Shown here piece by piece: positions 51,313-61,886 of a stretch of 64,000 nucleotides of DNA. Position numbers and translations under genes: made by a program. The stretch covers positions 1,428,001 to 1,492,000 of the forward strand of contig CM075996.1 in NCBI GenBank assembly GCA_038087875.1, written 5' to 3'. The DNA comes from Malacoraja senta. Lineage: Eukaryota. Under the pieces are notes generated by a model that worked only from the letters and a program-made list of their open reading frames with translations, did no database searches and was not told the origin of the DNA. Numbering within the stretch: the first letter of the stretch is position 1; every line of letters starts with the position of its first letter.

Positions 51313-52085
51313 GAATGAATGAATGAATGAATGATGAATGAAGAACGAAAAATACATTGGTGAATGATGAATAAAAAATAACTTGATGAATGAAGAATGA
51401 AAAATACATTGATGAATGATGAATGAAAAATAAATTGATGAATGAAGAATGAAAAATACATTGATGAATGATGAATGAAAAATAAATTGATGAATGAAGA
51501 ATGAAAAATACATTGATGAATGATGAATGAATGAAAAATAAATTGATGAATGATGAATGAAAAATAAATTGATGAATGAAGAATGAAAAATACATTGATG
51601 AATGAAGAATGAAAAATAAATTGATGAATGAAGAATGAAAAATACATTGATGAATGATGAATGAAAAATAAATTGATGAATGAAGAATGAAAAATACATT
51701 GATGAATGATGAATGAAAAATAAATTGATGAATGAAGAATGAAAAATACATTGATGAATGATGAATGAAAAATAAATTGATGAATGAAGAATGAAAAATA
51801 CATTGATGAATGAAGAATGAAAAATACATTGATGAATGATGAATGAAAAATAAATTGATGAATGAAGAATGAAAAATACATTGATGAATGAAGAATGAAA
51901 AATACATTGATGAATGAAGAATGAAAAATACATTGATGAATGAAGAATGAAAAATACATTGATGAAGAATGAATGAAAAATAAATTGATGAATGAAGAAT
52001 GAAAAATAAATCGATGAATGAAATATAAATTGATGAATGATGAATGAAAGATGAATGAAAAATAAATTGATGAATGATGAATGAA
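51313..52085. repeat. (GAAT)-derived AT-rich minisatellite (about 26-bp unit)
   Basis: Repeats of tgatgaatga(a/t)gaatgaaaaata(c/a)at. Confidence 0.95.
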
Positions 52086-52985
52086 CGAATACCTATTGTT
52101 ACACGTGACAAGTCACAGTGATATTCTTTGTATTGCATGCATACGTACCCAAGGTATGCAAAGAGTCGCTATATAAAGTATCCCACGCCGCGTCCGCCAT
52201 TTTTCTCCCCCCCTCCCCGTTCCTCACAGCGGTCCCCTACGCCGGGTCCTCCATTGTTCTGCTGCCCCCACCCCGTCTCATGGCGGTTCCCCCCCATGCC
52301 GGGACCACCATTGTTCCCAGCGAAGGTTTGGGTCTGGGACCTAACATTGGTCATCTGTTGCTGTGGTTTGTCGCTGCAGCTATGGCAGTAGAGATGGCGG
52401 GCGTCGTATATCTGGTCGCCCAGCTATGGGAAAGATGCCATCAGTTTAGTTTAGTTTATTGGTCGACAAAATGGCTGGAGAAACTCAGCGGGTGCGGCAG
52501 CATCTATGGAGCGAAGGAAATGGGCAACGTTTCGGGACGAAACGTTGCCCATTTCCTTCGCTCCATAGATGCTGCCGCACCCGCTGAGTTTCTCCAGCAA
52601 TTTTGTCTACCTTCGATTCTCCAGTATCTGCAGTTCCTTCTTGAGTAGCTTAGTTTATTGCCATGTGTAAGTTAACTGTCCCTCTGTATATTGCCCCCTA
52701 GTTTGTAGGGAGTGGACGTGAAAGTGCGATTAACATAGAACTGGTGCGAACAGGTGATCGATGGTCAGCATGGGCATGTTGGGCCGAAGGGCCTGTTTCT
52801 ATGCTGTATCGCTACACTCCACAGAGGAGGTTAACACACAGTGTGACTCACTCACCAATTTTGCTAACTTGAGTTTGAGCTGAGTTCAGTTTATTGTCAC
52901 GTGTACCGAGGTGCAGTGAAAATCTTTTGTTGAGCACTAACCAGTCAGCGGAAAGACAATACATGATTACAATCGAGCCGTCCAC

Positions 52986-53120
52986 TTCTTCTTTCGTCTG
53001 GCGTGCACGGCCTAAAGTTGTTGGACAACTTGTTCTATTTGATCTTCCGTTCGTGCACGTCGAGTTGATTGCATTAGTCGAAAAAGGGCGGACCACGTGA
53101 AGGTTGCAATCTTCCACCCC
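52986..53120 (-). mobile_element. 135-bp non-autonomous retroposon with a 5' HDV-like ribozyme fold and (GAA)n tail
   Basis: Flanked by the exact direct repeat gagccgtccac (52975-52985 and 53121-53131) inside a Rex/Babar 3' tail. Minus-strand 3' end is ...GCCAGACGAAAGAAGAA. Confidence 0.8.
53067..53120 (-). ncRNA. Minimal HDV-like self-cleaving ribozyme (predicted)
   Basis: RNA GGGGUGG-AA-GAUUGCA-ACC-UUCACGU-GGU-CCGCCCU-UUUUCGA-CUAA-UGCAAUC. P1 7 bp with G-U at position 1, P2 7 bp perfect, P3 3 bp, 7-nt L3, and J4/2 CUAA. Confidence 0.7.
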
Positions 53121-53685
53121 GAGCCGTCCACAGTGTACAGATACAGGATAAGGGGAATAACATGAATAATGTTTAGTGCAAGGTGAAGTCCGATCGAAGA
53201 TAGTCTCAGGGTGTCAAAGGAGGTAGATGGGAGCTCAGGACTAGGATAGTTCAGCTGGGAATAAAAGCTGGGAAGAATCTTAAGTTGGAAATTAAATTGG
53301 AAGGGTTGCAGTCGAGATTCACCAGGATGTTACCTGGGATTTGAGTTACAGGGAGAGGTAGGATAGGCTAGGACCATTTTCCTTGGGTGTAGGAGGCTGA
53401 GGGGTGACCTTATTGAGGTGTACAAGATCATGAGGGGCGCGGATAAAGTTGAACGCTCACAGTCTTTTTTTTTCCCAGGGTAGAGGATTCTAAAACTAGA
53501 GGGCACAGGCTTAAGGTGAGAGGGGAGAGATTTAAGAGGGAGCATAATGGACAACTTTTTCTCTCAGAGGGAAGTCCGTATCTGAAATGAGCTGCCGGAG
53601 GAAGTTGTATAAGTGGGTACAAGTATGATATTTGTGCTGGAATTGGGTGTGAATTCCACTGAAGCAGGATTGAGTGAGGTCACAC

Positions 53686-54105
53686 TATCCATGGTCAGTA
53701 TTGTCTATGGTCAGTATTGTCTATGGTCAGAATGGTCCATGGGTCAGTATGGTCAGAATGGTCCTTGGGTCAGTATGGTCCATGGGTCAGAATGGTCCTT
53801 GGGTCAGTATGGTCCATGGGCCAGAATGGTCCATGGGTCAGTATGGTCAGAATGGTCCTTGGGTCAGTATGGTCCATGTGCCAGAATGGTCCATGGGTCA
53901 GTATGGTCCATGGGTCAGAATGGTCCTTGGGTCAGTATGGTCCATGGGCCAGAATGGTCCATGGGTCAGTATGGTCAGAATGGTCCTTGGGTCAGTATGG
54001 TCCATGGGCCAGAATGGTCCTTGGGTCAGTATGGTCCATGGGCCAGAATGGTCCATGGGTCAGTATGGTCACTATTATCCATGGTCAGTATTGTCCACGG
54101 TCAGA
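53686..54105. repeat. ATGGTC-based minisatellite
   Basis: Repeats of atggtcag(t/a) and atggtcc(a/t)tggg. Confidence 0.93.
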
Positions 54106-54299
54106 ATAAGCACCCCAGACCAAACCAAGGGGAAGTAAAGAACAGCAAACTGTGTCAGAGAGACTTGATGGTGCAGTGAAGAATCGTGGTTGGACTTGAG
54201 TCCCGAGAGTTATGTATAGCCACGGTCAGTGTGACCATCGGGACGAGTTGCTGCTGACTTGTCAGCGTCTAATCTGCCCATTTTCTTTTTGCCATGTAG

Positions 54300-54388
54300 A
54301 ACACCCAAAAATCTGGCTGCCACGGAAACTGAGGCAAACATACATCAAGAAAGTTGGTCAGCAAATAAATATTATGATCCCGTTCCAG
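54300..54388 (+). CDS. MYBPC2: MYBPC2 exon (start of C8 Ig domain)
   Basis: TAG acceptor, GTGACT donor. (Q)[29 protein letters not shown]. 89 bp, phase 1 to 0. Confidence 0.94.
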
Positions 54389-54399
54389 GTGACTAATTG

Positions 54400-54490
54400 T
54401 TCTGTGTGTGTGCGCGCGCTCATGTGTTTGTGTTTGTGCGTGTGTGTGTGTCATTGTGTGTGAGTCTTTGTGTGTGTGTGTGTGTGTGTC

Positions 54491-54524
<34 letters not shown>

Positions 54525-54544
54525 TGTGTGTGTGTCTGTGTGTC

Positions 54545-54584
<40 letters not shown>

Positions 54585-54656
54585 CGTGTGTGTGTCTGTG
54601 TCATTGTGTGTGTGTGTGTGTGTGTGTCATTGTGTGTGTGTGTGTGTGTCTGTGTC

Positions 54657-54690
<34 letters not shown>

Positions 54691-54728
54691 ATTGTGTGTG
54701 TGTGTGTGTGTGTGTGTGTCTGGGTGTC

Positions 54729-54761
<33 letters not shown>

Positions 54762-54838
54762 TTGTGTGTGTGTGTGTGTGTGTGTCTGTGTGTGTGTGTG
54801 TCTGTGTGTCATTGTGTGTGTGTGTGTGTGTGTGTGTC

Positions 54839-54874
<36 letters not shown>

Positions 54875-54954
54875 ATTGTGTGTGTGTGTGTCTGTGTGTC
54901 ATTGTGTGTGTGTGTGTGTGTGTGTCATTGTGTGTGTGTGTGTCATTCTGTGTC

Positions 54955-54988
<34 letters not shown>

Positions 54989-54996
54989 TGTGTGTC

Positions 54997-55065
<69 letters not shown>

Positions 55066-55257
55066 CTGTGTGTCATGTGTGTGTGTGTGTGTGTGTGTCT
55101 GTGTGTCATTGTGTGTGTGTGTGTGTGTCTGTGTGTCATTGTGTGTGTGTGTCTGTGTCATTGTGTGTGTGTGTGTGTGTGTCATTGTGTGTGTGTGTGT
55201 CATTGTGTGTGTGTGTCATTGTGTGTGTGTGTGTGTGTGTCATTGTGTGTGTGTGTC

Positions 55258-55340
<83 letters not shown>

Positions 55341-55345
55341 GTGTC

Positions 55346-55386
<41 letters not shown>

Positions 55387-55399
55387 GTGTGTGTGTGTC

Positions 55400-55440
<41 letters not shown>

Positions 55441-55487
55441 GTGTGTGTGTCATTGTGTGTGTGTGTGTGTCATTGTGTGTGTGTGTC

Positions 55488-55552
<65 letters not shown>

Positions 55553-55597
55553 CATTGTGTGTGTGTGTGTGTGTGTGTGTCATTGTGTGTGTGTGTC

Positions 55598-55690
<93 letters not shown>

Positions 55691-55740
55691 ATTGTGCGTG
55701 TGTGTGTGCGTGTGTGTGTGCGTGTGTGTGTGCGTGTGTC

Positions 55741-55808
<68 letters not shown>

Positions 55809-55845
55809 TGCGCGTGCGCGTGCGCGTGCGTGTGCGTGTGTGTCT
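54400..55845. repeat. About 1.45-kb interrupted (TG)n microsatellite
   Basis: TG runs punctuated by cat/ct/cg, beginning about 12 nt after the exon donor at 54388. Confidence 0.98.
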
Positions 55846-55849
55846 TTGT

Positions 55850-56285
55850 GCAAAAAAGTTATCCTTCAGGTCACTATTAAATCTTTCCCCCTTCACCTTA
55901 AACATGTGTCCTCTGGTCCTCGATTCCCCTACTCTGGGCAAGAGACTCTGTGCATCTACCCGATCTATTCCTCTCATGATTTTATACACCTCTATAAGAT
56001 CACCCCTCATCTTTCCTGCGCTCCAAGGAATAGAGTCCCAGCCTGCTCAACCTCTCCCTGTAGCTCAGTCCCTTGAATCCTGGTAACATCAACCTAAATC
56101 TTATCTGCACACTTCCCAGCTTGACAACATATTTCCTATAACGTGGTGACCAAAACTGAACATAACACTGTAAATGTGGCCTCACCAATGTCTTGTGCAA
56201 CTGCAACATGACCTCCCAACTTCTACACTCAATATTCTGACTGACGAAGGCCAATGTGTTGACCTTCTTGACCGCCCTATCAAGT
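55850..56285 (-). mobile_element. CR1/HER1-like LINE 3' fragment
   Basis: LVRPHLQCYVQFWSP and RGDLIEVYKIMRGIDRVD. Related copies at about 23695-24070 (+), 29548-29915 (-), 43195-43640 (+) and 53300-53625 (+). Confidence 0.85.
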
Positions 56286-56378
56286 CTTCTTGTCCACCCT
56301 GTCCACTTGTGAGGTCGTTCGTGATCACACTTCACTGCCTGAGTTTAACTGACCCGCCCGAACTTTGAACCCTGTCAG

Positions 56379-56574
56379 GGTAAGCCTCGACCTCAGGTCA
56401 CTTGGAAGAAGGAAGGACAGCCGCTGGACACCAGCCAGGCCAGTGTCCGCAACAGCGAGGTGGACACCATCTTCTTTGTGCGCAGCGCAGAGCGTAGCCA
56501 CTCTGGGACGTATGAGCTCAGCGTTCAGATTGAAAACCTGATTGACACGGTTTCGGTCAAAATCCGTGTTGTTG
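56379..56574 (+). CDS. MYBPC2: MYBPC2 exon (C8 Ig domain)
   Basis: CAG acceptor, GTGAGT donor. GKPRPQVTWKKEGQPLDTSQASVRNSEVDTIFFVRSAERSHSGTYELSVQIENLIDTVSVKIRVV. 196 bp. I did not find the C9/C10 exons before the window end. Confidence 0.94.
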
Positions 56575-57358
56575 GTGAGTAGCATTAACGGGGCAAGGCC
56601 CCTTCCTTCTGGACAGCAAAATGGAAGACCCTTTGCCAAACGGCTGGTACATGTGGTGAAGTGGTATCGTTGCTGCCTCACAGCGCCAGAGACCCAGGTC
56701 CCAAAGACGTGCGGGTTTGCAGGTTAATTGGCCTCTCTATATCGCCCCAAGTGTGTGGGGAGTGGGTGTGAAAGTGGGAAAACATAGAACGAGCGTGAAC
56801 AGGTGGATCGATGGCCAGTGTGGGCTGAAGGGCCTGTTTCCATGCTGTATCCTTAAACTGTCGAGGAAAGGGGAAGCGGGTGGTTTGGGACCTGGGAGTG
56901 GCTGGAGAGAATTCCAGGGTTTGGGACCTTGGACACGGAGCTGTGGCTACCAATGGCGGATGGGTCAGACTCGGAGTGGCCCAGAGTCTAAGATCTCTGA
57001 GGTTCGTAAGGAAGGGGGAGATAAGAAAGAAGAGTGTGGGGATGGAGGGCTGTAAGAGGCAGCGTGAGAACATTGCCAGCCTGAAAGCCATTATAAGTTG
57101 TTGTCGACAGACCAGTGAGCGATGTCGCAAGAAAGTGAGCTGTGAAGCTAGGTGGACAACAGACGGCTGTGGAGGCCAAGTCAGTGGATATTTTTAACGC
57201 AGAGATAGACAGATTCTTGATTAGTGCGGGTGTCAGGGGTTATAGGAGAAGGCAGGAGAATGGGGTTGGGAGGGAGAGATAGATCAGCCATGATTGAATG
57301 GCGGAGTAGACTTGATGGGCCGAATGGCCTAATTCTGCTTCTATCACTTATGAACTTA

Positions 57359-57795
57359 TGGGCCTGTCCCACTTAGGCTATTTTTTAGGCGATGAGGCTG
57401 TCGCGTTGTGGTTGCCGGGGTGTCGCCTGTATGGTCGAGAGTCGTCTCCTCAGTCGCCAAAAGAGTCGTAGCGTCTTTCTGGTTGCCACTGGATTTTCAA
57501 ACATGTTGAACATTTTTTGGCGACAGTGGGTTTGACGCCAATGAGCGTAGCTTGACGTCTCCTGACGTAGGTGCTGTCGTAGGTTGTCGCCAGGTTAACG
57601 TAGGTTGTCACCGGTGCTGCCTTCGTTTTATTTGTTGTTGTTAAAGTGATGGTTCTTTAAAGATTTATCGTGGACAATTTCAAATTTTATGTCGTAGGGG
57701 GGGGGGGGGGGGGGGGAGTCCAGTCGCCGTTTTTTCGGTGACCTGCTACGACTATGACAGTCGCCCCAAAAAAAAGCCTAAGTGGGACATGCCCT
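57359..57795. mobile_element. Harbinger-like MITE (family D-related)
   Basis: gggcctgtcccacttagg...cctaagtgggacatgccc. Shares the ggattttcaa(a)catg motif with the element at 25420. Confidence 0.8.
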
Positions 57796-59281
57796 TATGA
57801 ACCGTTTGGAATGTTCTAGAATGATCCTAGCTCATTTGAGAGATCATTGTTAGTCCTCACCCATCATCATCATCATCTCCAATTCATTGTGGCTGAGATG
57901 GGAGCTGGGAACATGAGATTAGTTTGTTGTGGAAATGGTCCCAAAACTGTGACGGGCAAATGGTGGTTCTCATTACATTATTGGGACATTCCCGGGATGG
58001 CGGGACTGTGATATGCTGAGAGAATGGAGCAGCTGGGCTTGTACACTCTGGAGTTTAGAAGGATGAGAGGGGATCTTATTGAAACATATAAAATTGTTAA
58101 GGGTTTGGACACGCTAGAGGCAGGAAACATGTTCCCGATGTTGGGGGAGTCCAGAACCAGGGGCCACAGTTTAAGAATAAGGAGTAAGCCATTTAGAACG
58201 GAGACGAGGAAACGCTTTTTTTCACAGAGAGTGGCGAGTCTGTGGAATTCTCTGCCTCAGAGGGTGGTGGAGGCAGGTTCTCTGGATACTTTCAACAGAG
58301 AGCTAGTTCACGTTCAAGGTCAAGTGAGTTTATTGTCATGTGTCCCTGATAGGACAATGAAATTCTTGCTTTGCTTCAGCACAACAGAACATAGAAGCCA
58401 GATAGGGCTCTTAAAGATAGCGGAGTCAGGGGATATGGGGAGAAGGCAGGAACGGGGTACTGATTGGGGATGATCAGCCATGATCACATTGAATGGCTCG
58501 AAGGGCCGAATGGTCTACTCCTGCAGCTACTGTCTATTGTCTATTGACATGCGTGATTCTGAGCCCGTGGAAACTCCACATTGACAGCAACCGAGGTCAG
58601 GATTGAATTAAGATGACCAAGAGGAGCTAACCGGGGATCGCTTCTGAGCTGCTTTTAAAAAAGTCGACGGTGTCACGTCCTTCTTAAATCTGAGCTGCCC
58701 CAATGAAGGTGGAACGTTGTGGAACTCAGTAAAACCTGCCGTGGCTGTCAGGGCCGTGGAAACTTGGCTTCATGTGTGAAGGACAGAAAGGTTCCTTCGT
58801 TGAAAGGGCAAAGACAGAGAGCTGGAGCCAGAAGGGATTTGTTTACACGGTTTAATTGAATGTAGATCTCGGATGGAGCCAGGACACGAGAGGAGAGGTC
58901 AAACGTGGGGAGCGATGATTAAATAAAATTGGAGCTATTTCAGTGCCTGGCCACATGCTCGCCTCATGCTCTGCAGGCCCACGTGACCCACAGCTCACGT
59001 CAACCGAAGATAGACACAAACTGCTGGAGTAACTCAGCGGGACGGGCAGCGTCTCTGGAGAGAAGGAATGGGTGACGTTTCAGGTCGAGACCGATTCTTT
59101 AGACTGGTTAGGGGTAAGGGAAACGAGAGATATAGACAGTGATGTGGGGAGATAAAGAACAATGAATGGATCACAGAGAGAGCGGATTTTGCAGAAGTCA
59201 ACCAGGTTGATATCGTTTACTTCTCCCCACGCCACGCTTCCTGATGCTTATCTTGGTTAAACTCTCTCCATTCAACATTTA

Positions 59282-59498
59282 AGGGTCTGTCCCACTTTCA
59301 CGACCTAATTCACGACCTTTTTTTACTCGTGGACATTTTTCATCATGTTGAAAAAACGCCCCGACCTACTTGATGCCACGAGTACCTACGACTGGCATCA
59401 CGGCCTGCTACGACCTCGTGACCACCAAGCTGCGAGGTTGAGTCAAGGGCAGACTCAGCAGAGCTCGTGAATTAGGTCGTGAAAGTGGGACAGGCCCC
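59282..59498. mobile_element. Harbinger-like MITE (family B) with TTA TSD
   Basis: tta|agggtctgtcccactttcacgacc...gtgggacaggcccc|tta. Confidence 0.85.
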
Positions 59499-61835
59499 TT
59501 AGATACAAGGAACTGCAAATACTGGTTTACAAAAAAAGACACTGAGTGCTGGAGTAATTCAGCGGGTCAGGCAGCACCTCTGGAGAACATGGGGTCCCGA
59601 CCCAAAACAACATCTGTCCATGTTCTCCACAGATGCTGCCTGACCCGCTGAGTTACTCCAGCACTCTGTGAAACGTCACCTATCCATGTTCTCCACAGAT
59701 GCTGCCTGACCCGCTGAGTTACTCCAGCACTCTGTGAAACGTCACCTATCCATGTTCTCCACAGATGCTGCCTGACCCGCTGAGTTACTCCAGCACTCTG
59801 TGTCATACTCAACACCAGTTTAGTTCAGAGATACAGCATGGAAACAGGCCCTTCGGCCCACCGAGTCCATGCTGACCATCAATCACCCCTTCATACTAGT
59901 TCTATGCTATCCCACTTTCTCACCCACTCCCTGCAGAGCAGAGGCAAATTACAGAGGGCAAATTCCTTTGGGATGTGGGAGGAAATCGGAGCACATGGAG
60001 GATACCCTTGCAGACACAGGGAGAACGTGCAAAACTCCACAGACAGACAGCAGCCGAGGTGAGGATTGCCTTGAGCCCGTGTCTGTGGCGCTGTGAGGCA
60101 GCAGCTCTACCCGCTGCGCCCCTGTGCCACCAAGCTTGTCTAGAGCACATCAGATCCGTCACTGATTAGCAACAACAACTTGCGTTCGCATGGGACCTTC
60201 ACTCCAAGGTGATAGAGAGGCACTGCATCGGGTTAACAAGAGCCAAAGATGGGAATATTCAGACAGAAGGTGGATTTTGAGGAGAGACTCGGAAGAGGTG
60301 GTGGAAAGCTGGAGGTTTAGGGAAGGATTTCCAGGGCTCAGGGCAGAAGAAGCGGAACGCTAATGCTGGGATAAACATTTGGAAGCACGAAATCACGAGG
60401 ATCAGGAGGTTCCTTTGATCTTTAATGATTGGTTATTTAAAATCTCAGATAAGATGCTGTCTCTGGAGAAGAGATGTTTTGATCGACACATCTGCTAAAG
60501 CCATACTGTGCCGTGTGTGTGCGGAGCGTGCTGGCTCCCGAGAGGCCGCAGGTTGCCAAGTCTCCTCATGTTCTCTCTTTCTGCCAAGATCACGTTACAG
60601 AAATCTGTCAGTAATTCCAACCCCTCTCTCCGCACACCGAGCCCAAAGTACAACGCCGGGCAAGGAACCCGTCCCCGCTCCCCGTACAAGGAGATTTCGG
60701 AGCTGGTCGAGAGCTTAGAAGGTCTTGTAAGGGCAGGTTCCAACTCCCGAGGCCCTGGCAAAATGTGACCTACAGGATATCGGAACGCAAAAGGTCAAGT
60801 TCATAAAAAGCCAGCAAGTGATTTATTGGCCTAGCAAGTGGTGGGGGGGGGGGGAGGATCTGATTACTGCTTGGGTTACTCTCCCTTGCTATTGCAAAGA
60901 TGCTTTCTCCTCCCTGACAGAGGGTGGTGAATCTGTGGAATTCATTGCCAATGAAGGCTGTGGAGGCCAAGTCAGTGGATATTTTTTAAGGCAGAGATTG
61001 ATAGATTCTTGATTAGTGCGGGTGTCGGGGGTTGTGGGGAGAATTCTGAAGATTGGGGGGAGACACAGGACAAAAGGAATAACGTTTAGTGCAAGCTAAA
61101 GTATGGTGAAGTCCGACTGAAGATAGTTTGAGGGTCTCAATAGACAATAGGTGCAGGAGTAGGCCATTCGGCCCTTCGAGCCAGCACCGCCATTCAATGT
61201 GATCATGGCTGATCATCCCCAATCAGTACCCCGTTCCTGCCTTCTCCCCATTTCCCCTGACTCCGCTATCTTTAAGAGCCCTATCTAGCTCTCTCTTGAA
61301 AGTATCCAGCGAACCGGCCTCCACCGCCCTCCTGAGGCCTCATCTCCAATGAGGTAGATGGGAGGTCGGGATCGCTCGCTAGTCGGTGACGGGATGGTTC
61401 ACATGCCTGATAACAACCGTCCCTGAATCTGCTGGTGTGCGGTGAGTGTTCTGTACCTCTTGCTAAGATGGGAGAGGGGAGAAGAGGGAGTGACTGGGGT
61501 GAGACTGGGCCTTGATTATGTTGGTGGCCTTGCCGAGGCAGCGTGAATTGGAGTCGATGGAAGGGAGATAGATACAAAACGCTGGAGGCAGCATCTCTGG
61601 AGAGAAGGAATTGGCAGAGACCCTTCTTCAGACTGAGCATCAGGGGGAAGAAGGGAAATGAGAGATAGAGACGGTGATATAGAGAGATATAGAACAAATG
61701 AATGAAAGATGTGCAAAAGAGTAATGGCTGGAAGGAAACGCTCCATGGTTGGTTGTGGGCTCGGTGATAAGGAGTTATACAGACAATGAAACTCGCCAAG
61801 ACGACAGTGAAACTAGTACAATGACTAGGGTGGGG

Positions 61836-61886
<51 letters not shown>

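Noticed and set aside
51145..52138. 200-300 aa hydrophobic ORFs on the minus strand
   Set aside because: Translations of an AT-rich minisatellite.
54397..56086. Long Cys/Val- or His/Thr-rich ORFs
   Set aside because: Translations of a (TG)n microsatellite.
45513..56574. MYBPH (Fn3-Ig-Fn3-Ig) instead of MYBPC2
   Set aside because: An extra upstream Fn3 (C6) exon is present, and synteny with POLD1 favours MYBPC2.
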